Shown here: positions 1 to 13,439 of the stretch, piece by piece
Numbering within the stretch: the stretch's first letter is position 1
Layout of the letters: the number at the start of each line of letters is the position of its first letter
Source of the DNA: Octopus vulgaris
Lineage: Eukaryota
NCBI GenBank assembly: GCA_951406725.2
Contig: OX597828.1
Coordinates: forward strand, 57,660,001-57,724,000
Length of the DNA stretch: 64,000 nucleotides
Reading direction: 5' to 3'
Notes under the pieces: generated by a model
The model's database searches: none
The model's input: the letters and a program-made list of their open reading frames with translations, nothing else
Told to the model about the DNA's origin: nothing
Translations under genes and position numbers: made by a program

Positions 1-129
1 CCTTAAAAGACAGACATATGATCAAATCCGTTTATCCCTTGATTATCCTGGTTTTTTGTCCAGATACAGTGTATCATTGTCTAATGGGTTATTCATTTCT
101 AAGCCAGTGGGACGTGATTTGAGAAAGAT

Positions 130-510
130 ATGGTTGCTAATAGGATCAATAGTAATCTTAATACACCTGGGCGCCTATGAAACTTGGACAGTGATAACAG
201 AAATCGAAAGAAAAATCCAGGCTACAGTGATGAAGTGTTCCAGAAGGATTTTGGGAATATCATAGAGATCGTGTCACAAATGAGGAAATGGAAAAATGAA
301 TAAGGCAGGCAATACGGCCCTAGGAGGATCTTCTTACCACAGTAAAGAAATGCTCAGGTACTTTGGCTATGTCACCCGCTCATCAGGGTTGGCCAAAACA
401 GTCCTTCAGAGAACAGCCAAAGGTGGCAGACGTAGAGGCAGAAGAAAGAGACGGGATCTGGTTGCAAGGTTATCAGTGGTATCCCGACGGCCAGCCACAC
501 TACGGGACAT
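130..510 (+). mobile_element. RTE-clade LINE 3' fragment (decayed RT C-terminal region)
   Basis: Translations 'AYETWTVITEIERKIQATVMKCSRRILGIS*RDRVTNEE' and 'LRYFGYVTRSSGLAKTVLQRTAKGGRRRGR' match the typical RTE C-terminal motifs; frameshifted. Confidence 0.8.
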
Positions 511-1358
511 GTAATGGAATAATGGATTCTATTTTTACCGAGTCATACAACTAATTGGGAACTCTATCACTGACCCATGTGATAAGATGTTACGAAGGAT
601 GTCAGCCTCTGGTGTATATAAAAATCTACCAAACGCTATATACATCTCTATGGGCATTACTGACTATGTACCAGTTCAATCACTCCTTCATCATCGCTTC
701 CTCTGAAGTGCAACAAGGATTTTAATACTGAAATCATTCACTCTAGAGATGATGAAACAGCAACAGAAAGGGGGAGAAGGGAGGCAAGACAGAAGACTTA
801 AGAAAGAAAACAGACAGGATGATATGGAGGAAATCAATATTGATTTCATCATATACTTATATTAACTGACAATTTTTAAATTCAGAGAGACTGCTGCTAA
901 GTTTGCTACTGTGTTTAATAAAGGGAAAGAACGGGAGGAAAATTGTAAGAAATGGTAAAAAATAAACAAAAGAAACAGGCGTTGATAATAAGGATTTACT
1001 ATAATAAAAAGAAACAGGCTTGGTGGCCAAGCAACAATATATATTAAACAAGAAAGCAATTTTGTCAGAATTAGGGTACTTAAAATTACTTTGCCATAAA
1101 TAGTATATGATGTAAAATTAAAACACTAACACATACATATTTCCACATAAATATATACATACATACATACATACATAAATTCATACAATTATATCTCTCT
1201 AGTATCATTTATCATTTATATTTTACAATACTCTGTAATAACAGACGACATTAAAACAAGACAGCCGATAACAGATCCGTGACTGAGTTTTTAGTTATAA
1301 ACAGACATTTGTATGTATTGATTTATGTCTATTTTAAAACACGAATTATTTTTAATAA

Positions 1359-1644
1359 TCCATACACAGCATAAATTTCGCGAGCAGCTTTAGCGGCCTT
1401 AGAATTTTGATTAAAAGCAAAAACGAAGGAAGTGTCGAAAATGCTCGTTTTTCTTAACTTGACACTCCATTTTAATGATCTGAAAATAAACAAAAATTAA
1501 CTAAAATTAACTAGAAAAAAAAAGTAAGTAGATTTCAAAATGATTCAAAAATAGAATTCTCGAAAAAAATAGATTCCAAAATTTCAAAACGCAATAAATT
1601 CCAAAATTTATAAAAACGGCGGGAACTTAGTTGCCAACCCAATA
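1359..1644 (-). mobile_element. mariner transposon 5' end (TIR plus start of transposase HTH), truncated
   Basis: Minus strand begins TATTGGGTTGGCAACTAAGTTCCCG (mariner-type TIR); ATG at 1470 gives MECQVKKNEHFRH; near-identical to 60419-60842. Confidence 0.85.
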
Positions 1645-1648
1645 TATA

Positions 1649-1680
1649 CTAGCAAATGCCCTCGTCGTCCATTGGACGGT
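1649..1680 (-). mobile_element. Candidate Helitron 3' terminus
   Basis: Minus strand CGTCC-AAT-GGACG hairpin 13 nt upstream of CTAG followed by T, the canonical Helitron 3' end geometry; extent of element unknown. Confidence 0.4.
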
Positions 1681-2219
1681 TTCTATAGGTGAAGAGGGTT
1701 ACGTTGGACGATGTTTGGTGATTGTATGGAGTTGTTACTTTTGGTTAGGGCATTAAAGATTCATGAGACGCTAAAACTGTTGACTGTTTCTTCTAAATAA
1801 GAAAATTTGATTGATAGTGTATCTTAACACAGTGAACCTTTTAAAACTTGTCATGAAGCCAATAAAATGAAGGAAGTCTCTTCAGCCCCCCCTACAACTT
1901 TCAGTAGAATCGGACATCATAATTAACCTCAAACTTTTTCTACTCAAACACTTTCACATTGGGATAAGCACAATGTACTCTTCCATAGCACATACCTCAT
2001 GTTGACACTTATACATCAGACTGGATGCTGTTTTATCTCCAAAGTGAATATTGCAAGTAATATTTAAGCAATAAACAGTTCTTTGGCTTTTGCATTTGAT
2101 GACTGTTGCTTTACGTATTTTATTTCTATTTTCAGTGGCCCAGTGTTAAGAACTACGGGATAAATAACATCAGTTTCGAATAAAAATATAAATGGAAATT
2201 TTAATCACAGGCACACAAG

Positions 2220-2259
<40 letters not shown>

Positions 2260-2276
2260 AGTATATACATACATAT

Positions 2277-2436
2277 ATACGACGGGCTTCTTTCCGTCTA
2301 CCAAATCCACTCACAAGGATTTGGTAGGCTCGAGGCTATAGTAGAAGACACTTGCCCAAGGTGCCACGCAGTGGGAATGAACCCGGAACCATGTGGGTTG
2401 TAAGAAAGCTACTTACCACACTGCCACTCCTGCGCC
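2277..2436 (-). mobile_element. SINE family A (tRNA-derived head plus CORE-like GTGGCACCTTGGGCAAGTG), 5' half
   Basis: Minus strand GGCGCAGGAGTGGCAGTGTGGTAAG...GGTTCCGGGTTCATTCCC (A/B-box-like); same sequence recurs many times in window. Confidence 0.9.
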
Positions 2437-2439
2437 TAT

Positions 2440-2536
<97 letters not shown>

Positions 2537-2559
2537 GCGCATATATATATATATGTGTG

Positions 2560-2970
<411 letters not shown>

Positions 2971-3440
2971 CACCTTGAGCTTCGAGCTTACTTTTCACAC
3001 CATGCTACTCAAAAACAATCAAGTATAGAATCTATACTTTTTTCAAAAACTGGAAAAGCAATAAAGAAGAGAATCGATAACAAAGGAAGGTAAATAAGTG
3101 CGCCAACAAGAAAAGAGAAAAAAGGAAAATTACATGAAATAAATTAACATTTCTACAGGAAAGGGGAAAATGATTTACAAAGTATGCAGATAAATTTGCT
3201 CGTAAACACTTGTTTCAAACATAATGGTACCAATCATTATTTGCACTTACCTATATACACGTTATGATATCAGCGAAAACAAAAATTGCTTATGGTTTAA
3301 GTTAAAGTTTTGATGGTTAGGAACCAAATCGCGATCTCTTCATGTGACAAGAGGTGTGAGGCTTTTCCAGGAAAAAAATTGATTTCTTTCGAACGGTAAA
3401 GAAAAGCAATTTCTTCATCTCTAAACTGCAAAATGCAAGC

Positions 3441-3487
<47 letters not shown>

Positions 3488-4092
3488 CTGTATATATATA
3501 TAGGCACACACACACATATATACATTCAAGCATATTCACACAGAATTACATATGCGTGTATGCATGCACGTGTGTCTGTACTTTAAATTCTAGAGTCTGT
3601 TTCTTTTCTGTAGAAATCTTCGTATATCAATTGCAGCCATCGTTCTCAGGATTCATTCCATCTCTTGAATTTTTAGAAAGATGATCCTCTTGTTTCAATC
3701 ATTGTTTCCTTCTTCAGTTACAGCCCACAATTCGTGTTTGGTAGAAACGGTACAAACGGCAACATGGAGAGCAAAGAGTATTCTTTTCATCATCGATCGG
3801 AATTCTTGCAGTTTCGGCTTTCAATGTAATACGTCTTTTCCTTCGCAAACGCCAACGACTGTGCATACGATACGACTTTTAGGGATTGATCCATGAAATA
3901 CAAACAAAAATAAATACCATGGTGATGTTGGGATACAGTAGGTCAAAGGTGGAGTGAACGCGCTAGGGATCCAGACAAAACATATAACAAACAAGATAGT
4001 CAAGCCTTAATGAGAAGGACAAAATGAAAATGGAAGTAAAACATATCTCTAGATTTCTACAGGAGAAATTTGAATAGACATGACTAAGTACT

Positions 4093-4425
4093 TAAGAAGT
4101 AAGAAGTTCGTTTTGAAACCACGTAGATTTCGATTCAATATCCCTGTGCGGCACCTTGGGCAAGTATCCTCTTTTACATCTCCGGGCCAAGCAGTACCTT
4201 TTGTGAGACTTTGATAAAGGAAATTGTGTGGAAACCCGTTGTATGTATGCTCGTGCGAGTTTGTGTGTGCTTGTGTGTGCGTGTGTATGCATGGGCGTTT
4301 GCCAACCACCACGGTCTGACATAAAAAGTAGGCTGTTTTAACGGTTTGCCAAAGTGAACAGTCGAATAAGGCCCGGACTGAAGTACTGGGGTCGATTTGT
4401 CTGTTTAAACTCTTCTAGGCGATGT
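4093..4425 (+). mobile_element. SINE family A, diverged copy
   Basis: TGCGGCACCTTGGGCAAGTATCC and GTACTGGGGTCGATTTG match family A core and tail. Confidence 0.75.
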
Positions 4426-4849
4426 CTAGTTTAAGGAGGTTCTGCAGCATACAATTTATTTAGAATAATGAGCGAAAAGGAGTAATCTTTACAGGTCGGA
4501 TGAATAAGAACGTGTATGTTTGTGGAATGAGAAACAATGATATTGAATGTGGTTTTCTTTTACTCTAATATTAAGATGTGACGTTCATAGAATAATCAAA
4601 CCGAAAAAGAAAAAAAATTTAAATGCATTTTACTTCTCTACAGCATATTTCTACTAAAAACATGTAATGGAGGCGAACACTTTTCTTCATGTGATCGGCT
4701 TGAAAAATTAAGTCACTAGGATATTATCATACATTTCTTAACATGAAACCAATGGTAGCCTTAATTCACAAATAAAGAAATTATATCCACCAATGCGGTG
4801 TTGAGCACTCATTTTCATCGTTCTGCATTTACGTATATATATTTATATA

Positions 4850-4918
4850 CGATGGATGGATGGATAGATAGATGGGTGGGAGGATGGATGGATGGATGGG
4901 AGGATGGATGGATGGATG

Positions 4919-4991
<73 letters not shown>

Positions 4992-4995
4992 GTAG

Positions 4996-5030
<35 letters not shown>

Positions 5031-5055
5031 CTAGATAAATAGATAGATAGCTAGC

Positions 5056-5137
<82 letters not shown>
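4850..5137. repeat. (GGAT)n/(GATA)n microsatellite
   Basis: Directly visible tetranucleotide array. Confidence 0.98.
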
Positions 5138-5147
5138 CCACCATTTT

Positions 5148-5945
5148 CATCATCATTTAAAGTCCACTCTCCATGCTATCATGAGTTAGACGGTTTGACT
5201 GGAGCTGATAAGCCGGAGAGCTGCACCAGCTTCCAGTTTGATTTAGCATGGTTTCTACGGCTGGATATCCTTCCTAAGGCCAACAACACCAGGAGTGTAA
5301 TGGGTGATTTTGCGTGTCACCGGCACGGGTGCCATTTAATTGATCCCGGCAACGACCACGGCTATGATTCATGGGTGCTATTTGCATGGCACCGGTAACG
5401 ACCTCGACAATTCATGGCTGCCTTTTACATGGTACCGGCAACGACCACGTCCACGATTCACGGGACCCCTTTACATGGCTCCATCAACGAAACGACCAGA
5501 ACTACGATTCACAGATGCTATTTACATGGCACCATGAACGACAACGGCTACGACTACGATTCACTGGTGCCATTTACGAGGCACCAGTTAACGGCCCAAC
5601 TCCGATTTTACAGGTGTCATTTACATAGCACCGGCAATAGGCACGAATACGGTCCACGGGTGCCATTTACATGACATCGGCAAGGCCACAACTACGATTT
5701 CACTAAGCCTGGCGAGTCTTCTCACGCACAGTATATCGCCAGAGGTCTCGGTCACTTGCCATCACCTCCGTAGGGCCTAATATTCGAATATTATGCTTCA
5801 CCATTTCGTCCCATGTCTTCTGGATCTACCTCTTCCACAGGTTCTCTCCAGAGTTAGAGATCGGCAGTTCTTTCACAGCTGTCCTCGTCCGTACGCATCA
5901 CATGACCATACCATCGCAGTCGTCTCTCTTGCCCACTACATCTGC
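5148..5945 (-). mobile_element. RTE-clade LINE 3' end with 3' UTR minisatellite and (TGA)n tail
   Basis: Minus strand 'QERRLRWYGHVMRTDEDS...TWDEMVKHNIRILG...DRDLWRYTVREKTR'; UTR ends TTAAATGATGATG. Confidence 0.85.
5324..5700. repeat. Minisatellite, 8 units of ~43-52 bp with internal hairpin GGTGCC-atttacat-GGCACC
   Basis: Units begin CAYGGGTGCCATTTACATGGCACCGGCAACG and end in ACGATT-like motifs. Confidence 0.9.
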
Positions 5946-6691
5946 CTGATGCCTTTTGTGCGTTTTTTCAATAACGTGTAGTTTATTCTAATTAATATTC
6001 ATGCGATACACAATATATAGACACAATTATTACAGGAGCAATGCAACCCACTTCAGAAAGAAGGCATTTTTAAATGTTGGTCTAAGTAATATCCACACAC
6101 TGAGATAAAAGTAACAACTAAGAAAAGGCCATTAATATCAAACAGCTCCTATCTTGGTATTTGAAAGTGCCTGCAGAGGGTTAACCGTATTGCTGTTAAA
6201 TTCAGAAAATATCAAGCGGAAGCCTAGAGTCCTCCTAAACAATAATTGCAAAAGATGTGAACAAATAGCAAATACGCCATAATATTTGAGTGCGAGTATG
6301 CACATACCAACTGTACATTTTACAAGAATCTATATTTTCGTTATCTGTCGCATTATAATATTCGTCACTTATAACTCATGCATCGCTTTGATCTGAACTT
6401 TTCCTTTCGTCTCTTAATATATGCACATGTTTTCCTGTTTTATGGATTTTTGTTTCTAAAATAACATCATCATCATCATCACCATCATCATCATCATTGC
6501 TCCTACCATCATTATCATTATCATCATCATCAACGCCAGTACCAACAACAACATCAAGAACAAGAAAGAAAAATACACCATAAATGGTATCTGTCATTCT
6601 GTCATTGGTAGATAGATTAAAATTGTATGTTGGCTTACAAAGAAGAAGGAAAGAGAAGCAGGAGATTGCCAAATACCATCGTATGTTGGAA

Positions 6692-6731
<40 letters not shown>

Positions 6732-6775
6732 CGACGACGACGACGACGATGATGACGATGATGATGATGATGATG
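6692..6775. repeat. (ATG)n/(ACG)n trinucleotide repeat
   Basis: Directly visible. Confidence 0.97.
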
Positions 6776-7289
6776 AAAAGAATGATAAAGCGGACGAGGC
6801 AGGAGATGCGGAAGAAGCTAGGAAACACAATTACTGTTTGAATGTTTTACAGCTGCTTCTGACTTGATATTTAAGCAATTTTGGTAACTTCTGATTCCTG
6901 TAGACAACAGGTTTCAACTTTTTCTTTCTTCTCTTACAGTCATGAGAACTATTGTTTCTTGCCTAGTCGGTGGTAATGAATTCAAATCTGATGACGAGAT
7001 TTCCGTACAACATCTAGAATTTACATAACGACATATCCTCTTGATGTCTGTTCTGTTGTGTCAAGCACATAATGTTATGTTTTCTGCACCGAGTCTTATG
7101 TTAGTTTATGCTTACTTATTATGAATTGAATTGTACATCCGTCATGTTTTTAGCTTGAAAGAAACAGCTGGATTTTCACTCACAGATTTACCAACGCTAC
7201 ATATAACCATTCTTTTCAGTCGCGTAAGCAAGAATTTGTTACTAGCGAAAGACAAATTTCTGCTGTCAAATTGAACTTTCTTGAATACC

Positions 7290-8730
7290 GTTTTGTCACT
7301 TTTGAGATGATGTGTTCTTTTTCTGAAAGAACCAGTATATTAATCCATTGCATTTCGACTGGAGTTCCCTATTTACTTTCCATTACAGACATCTGTCGGT
7401 AAAATAATGGTGCATCATCTTCACTTAAAGCTTCACAATTGGCAGAACAGTGGAGAAGAGAATTTGTAAAGCCATTTTAAGTGATGTCTTCTAAAAACCC
7501 AGTCTTTTAAGATAACAGTATGTTACACGCCATTTCCCGATAGTATTCAGGTCTCTATATTTCTCAGATAAAATTTCAACAAATTTAACCAAGATCTTAG
7601 TATGGAACTATGGCTTCAGTAAATCTCCAAGTAGTATTTTCCAGTATTTCATTGAACTTATCCTTTAAATATTTAAAACAATTTCCTTAAAGATCTATAC
7701 TTTTCAATATATTTTCCATGAGGTCAAGTTTAATGTGATGTGGAGGAAAAATATTTTTTCAGGTTATCAACTACTGCCGGAGTTTGTGCCCCAACGACAT
7801 ATTCAATTCTCGACGAAAAGCAAACATGCATTATGTAGTGGCTTTCATTCCCTCTGGTACAACAATTACATACACTAGTACCACAAACATGTGCACAGAG
7901 ATTTGTAACTTTTTTGTAACCGCGTACACTTCTTTAGCCCAAATGTAAACAAAAATGATAAAGAGGCAGACACATTTGAAATGTGGTCCATGTATTTGAT
8001 GGACCTATCCACTCATAAAACTCAAAAAAGCTGCTTTACGATTTACTGACCTTTATTTTTTTATAATTATTTTTTTTGTATCATAGTCTTCTATCATTGC
8101 ATTGACTTCATTCGAAATTCTTGCTTTTTGCCTCCACCAGAAATGATAAATATTGCATATTGCCATGTCGAGAAAAGAAACTGTAGTGTTTAACTGAAAA
8201 GCATTCTGATCTTAAAGCCGGGGACCAATTCTGCCTTCCCTAAATGGCGCCAGAAGTGATTTAACTACTTTTCACTTAGCAGATATGAGAAACAGACTGT
8301 ATTTCGAACACGTGGTTAATTTTCTGTTGTAATATCCTTGGCTGAGTTTGTCATCACTGTTGGTGGGATTTAGCGATAGGTTTATTCTATTCTGGGAAGC
8401 AGTACAGGTTTTAAGGCTGATTTATTTTCTCTTGTAAACCTAATTATGTTTGTCTTGCAAAAACAGAAGTCTTCATACTGGTTTGCGGAAAACAAAATAT
8501 CATGGGGAGAGCGAATGATAGAGCTATTACTTTTGCCGTTCAGTCAAGCTGTTAGAATTGCACATTCGCAGTGTCTATTTCCCATATTTGTCTCCTGTAT
8601 TGCAAGTAAAACTCGTGCTCATATACACGACTCATCCCTGATAATGTTGTTTTATTTTGAAGTTTCATTGACGAATATTATCCACAGATATAGCGTGCGT
8701 TGCCTAGGAATCCACACAAGCAAATCTATT
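7290..8730 (-). mobile_element. Decayed CMC/Chapaev3-like DNA transposase, near full length
   Basis: Colinear minus-strand motifs: 'YICG*Y', 'LNGKS..SFALPMI', 'DFCFCKTNIIRF', 'KAELV', 'KNIFPPHHIKLDLMENILKSID', 'NCEALSEDD..FYRQMSVME', matching the PPLHIKLGLMK family; many stops and frameshifts. Confidence 0.75.
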
Positions 8731-9117
8731 CGAAGTAATTCTAAATTTACACACAAGATCATAGAAAGTAATTAAGATACGTTGCGTGATTTCCTTTTCC
8801 CATGCAACAAACTCACCGCTAGAAACATCATACGTAAATTGCAAAACTACCGAGGTTTCTATCTCTGTCAATTTCCCTTTCCATTGATTAAAACCTCTAC
8901 CAACAAGCTAGGTTCTATCCTCGGCAAACAGGTTTTTATCTACACTCATATATCCCGATCTTTCAAAATTTGCAACAATATGCCGCGACTGCAAAATCTA
9001 CCTTTATGATCCTGCCAACGTTTAACCTCACCTGCAAAATATCACCTGCAAAACTTCGATGTTGAGGATGACAGTAATTACCAAAAGCTTTCTCTAAAAG
9101 TTTTCTCTCTCTCCCTG

Positions 9118-9185
<68 letters not shown>

Positions 9186-9869
9186 GGTTTTCATAAAGCC
9201 GGATTTTCGGAGACCTTCCATCCTATACGCCGCATGGTCCTCCTTCACGAGCAATTTCATGGAACCAATGTTGATACAATCAAATTTTCAGAAGCATTCA
9301 TAATACCTTGCTGGACAGAAAGAGCCCAATTATGGACAGGAGACAGTTTTGATTATAATATAATCCCACACAAGCAACAACAGACTTTACATTCTCTTCT
9401 TTGTTTTCAAAGCGTAACCCAGAGACATCAAACTACCTAGGCATCTCAATAATAGGATTAATTTGACATTTTATAAATAATTATTTTGCATTACATTACC
9501 TGACATAAGTTCCACCACGCTGTTCATAAATCCATTATTCCATCTGCCAATTACATTTACCATATGATATTTAAACAATGAGTGTCAAAGTAAATTTACA
9601 GCAAACATTATTGGCCGACAGTTGAGTCCTCGAAACAGTACTTTTATAAATGACTAGAATTTGCATGATTCCCCGATAGATATTAAAGCAACATGATTCA
9701 ATTATGATACTGTTTACCTGTATGTGTCTGAATGTGTCTGTGGATGTGTGTATATATAACTGTATAGAAATCCCCTCACTTGTACCCTTATCTCTATATC
9801 TCTCTCTTCCACATACACACGTTCATCTATAAATACATACACATATATACATATGTATACATATATATG

Positions 9870-9924
<55 letters not shown>

Positions 9925-10199
9925 AAAGGGCTTAGTAAAATAAATTACTTTGCCGCATACTGAACTCATTAGAAATAGCAGCTAAAAAACTTTTTTAAAG
10001 CTATTTCTAATACTTAAAGAAAATCTCTCTCGTATAGTGTTTGCTTAACTCAACTCACAAAAGTTTGGGGGTAAGGACATCAAAAAATCAAATGCAAAGG
10101 TTATTTGAGAACGTACGTTTCAAGATTAAATGGTCCCTTTGCATACTGAACACTTGGTGAAATTGATTAATAATTAATTAATTTTACCCTCAATTGTTG

Positions 10200-10236
<37 letters not shown>

Positions 10237-10319
10237 CATCTATGTATATCTATATCTATCTATATATCTATATCTATCTATATATATATATAGTATAGAT
10301 GATGCGTATATAAAATGCT

Positions 10320-10402
10320 GCATAGGTTTAAATACAATAATATTCGATAATAGAATTGAAAGAACCGTTCTTTATCGAATATTATTGTATTTAAACCTAT
10401 GC
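10320..10402. repeat. Perfect 31-bp inverted repeat with 21-nt spacer
   Basis: GCATAGGTTTAAATACAATAATATTCGATAA (10320-10350) is the reverse complement of 10372-10402. Confidence 0.95.
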
Positions 10403-10790
10403 TGCAAGGTATGTTATCTACGATAATCTGATATTTATTTTATCATTGTAGCGTAAACAAAACAAATTTCCTTATTATTATTATTTGAAAATAACAAAGT
10501 TTTACTTTCCGCCCCAAAATACAACCCTAATCTGAAAATGGGGGTTTCATTCTCATCTCCATATATCATATGTTCATGTTGTGGCTGTGTATGTGTGCGT
10601 GCGTGTGTATGTGTGTATGCACGTGTAGGCGTGTATGTATATGTGTGCGCGCGTAACACTGTCTAATTGGTTCCTGCCTACACTTCAGTTAGTAATATGC
10701 TTACATTTATGTGGGTGTTTGTATATATAATCGATATAACACTCCGAACAACATCTGTAATTAAGTATATATATTTACATACATACATAT

Positions 10791-10853
<63 letters not shown>

Positions 10854-11046
10854 GCACGGACTTTGTCAGTGAACAGGTTGCGGATTTTAGCGACGAAAAT
10901 ATTTTGACAAATTAAACTTAAATGTTGGAGTGAATCGAACGGCTTTTGTGTGTTTCTTAAATGGCTTATAAACACCTCCCACGCTGCAATTGTTTTCGTT
11001 TCAGCACACGATCTCAGATCAAATTACTTGCTATGCGAGTACATCT

Positions 11047-11085
<39 letters not shown>

Positions 11086-11619
11086 ATATATGAATATCAA
11101 AATATGTTCAGAGCATTTTCTTTCTCTGTTGCTTCCAGTTCAAATACCATTGGAATTCATCATCTGTTGAAGTAGGATTTTATTTCCCTTTCATTCGAAT
11201 TTAGTTTATCTGCAGCTTTCTATTGACAGCGAGCTAACAACTGTTTTGTAAACGAACAAATTTAATCAACTAGAGTTTTAATATACTACTCGCTTACAAA
11301 TATATTTACAAAGCAAATCTAATTTTTATTCCTGTTTGAAATATTATGTATATTGATCGAATAGAAGCACGTTCTTTATTACTTTTTTTTTCAAACATTA
11401 TTGTGTTTGTATGCGCGTGTGTGTGTCTGCGAGCGCGTGCGTGTTCGTGTGCGTGTGTGTATCCCTACCTAACTGACTGCTACCTACAGTCAGTTTATAT
11501 TCGCGTACATACGAACGTCTAGGATACATGTCTGTGTTTGTTATTTTGAACATGGTCTTATTAAGAAAACCTGTGACTCTTATGGACACTATTCTTTCTA
11601 TGAGGACATTGATTTTGTC

Positions 11620-12120
11620 ATTCTTTAACCCTTGACAGACGTCGATTTAAAAGGAAAGGCATTGTTATAATAATATGTATCTTTTGTTCCAAGTCACATA
11701 ACCCCAAAATTTCTTTTCCTACGACCGTATTCCAAAGAACCATAATACTTTGTGGTACTTTGCACATTTGTGGCCACATACAGGTTGTCCATAAATTATC
11801 CTTACAATTTAAGTAATTCAGAAAAAATGAATTAAAAATAAAAATAACCCAGCAGAGGTTATTAGAAAATAGACTCAAATAAATTTTTATTACAAATATC
11901 AGGAAACTTCCACGCGGGCTCCAATGGTTCTAAGCTAATCATCTAGGTGATCTCAACTTTTGTAGACAAGAGTTAAGTTGTAAAGCTAATTTTTGAACAA
12001 CTTGGATGATATATCCTCCATATTTCCATATTTTCCTGTGTACACATCAACTTATTTCGTCTACGTTGTTTAATAACACCCACCGCACACAGGAAGTTTA
12101 TATAATGACTGCGATCGATT
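11620..12120 (-). mobile_element. Decayed Tc1-like transposase fragment interrupted by a MITE
   Basis: Removing 11781-12004 joins 'VLLNNVDE..RKIWKYGG' to 'MWPQMCKVPQSIMVLW', resembling Tc1 FSDE...VWR...KHPQSVMVWG. Confidence 0.5.
11781..12004. mobile_element. Tc1/mariner-type MITE with imperfect ~29-bp TIRs
   Basis: TA|CAGGTTGTCCATAAATTATCCTTACAATT versus reverse complement of right end CAAGTTGTTCAAAAATTAGCTTTACAACT (23/29 by hand). Confidence 0.65.
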
Positions 12121-12739
12121 CCTTTATCCAATTCAAGTACAAAATTTCTTTGCTCTAAATATATACGTTATTGTGCTTACTGAAATGCAGTATGCACAAT
12201 ATTGTATATTATATGAATTACTGTGCAGTAGTATATTATATGGAATACTGTGTGAGTGAGAATATGGATTTTTTTTTCACTTAAGATCTGAACAATTCAT
12301 TCGTTCTGCTCCTAACTACCATAATGTATTTTAACCACAAGAAAAAAAGTTAATGTTCTCCGCTGGCACTAAACTTATTGCTTATCTTTATTAATGTCTG
12401 GTGTTGTGCATAGTATCGTTGTATAACTTTATAACTTTATGAAATTCTTATTGTTCTAGGCCAGTTTTCATTCAACAACAACTAGCAGTTTCTCTTTTCC
12501 ATAAAACAGCAGACATTTGTATGAGAGCTTGTTCTGGCAGAGGAAGAAAACGGTTGAAATGTGAGAGCAACTGTTGTATTACACATAACATTGTTCGTGT
12601 GCATCAGATTACAGTCTTTGAGATGATATTTAAGCTATTATTGTTTCTGATATTTCTTGTATATCCTTGCTTTTATTTTTTCTATATTGAGTGGGATGAT
12701 CAGTGCTCTTAGACTGGTCGTGTATTGGGTTTTTGTTGT

Positions 12740-13014
12740 TTGATCCTTCTCATAAGGGCCGGTTTCCCGGTTTCTTGGCGTATAGGTTCCCCACTTGGAC
12801 GGGAGGCCGGTCCATCGTATGTGAGCTGCAAGATGCAGGAGGAAGGAATGAGAGAAAGTTGTGGCAGAAGAGTCAGCAGAAGTTCGCCATTACCTTCTGC
12901 CGGAGCCGCGTGGAGCTTAGGTGTTTCGCTCATAAACACACAAATCATCCGATCTGAGATTCAAACCCTCGACCGCGAGTCCGCTGCTCTAACCACTAGG
13001 CCATGTGCCTCCAC
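12740..13014 (-). mobile_element. SINE family B2 (B head, alternative tail)
   Basis: Head GGAGGCACATGGCCTAGTGGTTAGAGCAGCGGACTCGCGG; tail CGATGGACCGGCCTCCCGTCCAAG...GAAACCGGGAAACCGGCCC. Confidence 0.85.
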
Positions 13015-13439
13015 GTGTACTGGGTTTCTGTGTGTTATAGATACGTTTGGGTGTTTGAGAGTGGTTTTACACGCAAGTTGAACACACTGTTGAGGCCAGA
13101 AGCTGCTGCAGCTGCGAATGCTGTCACTTTTATAGCCATTCCTTATTTATTTTGTATTTCGATTTAGCTTTCTATGTAGTCAGTGGATGTCTTCTGTTTT
13201 GTGTTTACTTTTAAATAATGTGTTGGGCAAACAACGGAAAAGACAAGTGTATGATGTTTTGTTTGTATACTAGTAATTTTGTTTTACTGAAGAACTGAAC
13301 AATTCATCCATTCTGCTTCTAACTGCCATAAATTATTTTAACCACAGGAGAGAAAATATGTTTTCTGAATTAAATCAGAATACAAAATTTATTTGTGTTG
13401 ACAAAAATGTTGTGCACTCTTTCGTTACCTGTCTATGCC

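Noticed and set aside
3600-4050. Possible host exon in unique sequence
   Set aside because: Short ORFs without recognisable domain; cannot be supported without RNA data
5324-5700. CRISPR-like repeat-spacer appearance
   Set aside because: Linkers are related to each other, repeats are degenerate, there are no cas genes, and it sits in a eukaryotic LINE UTR
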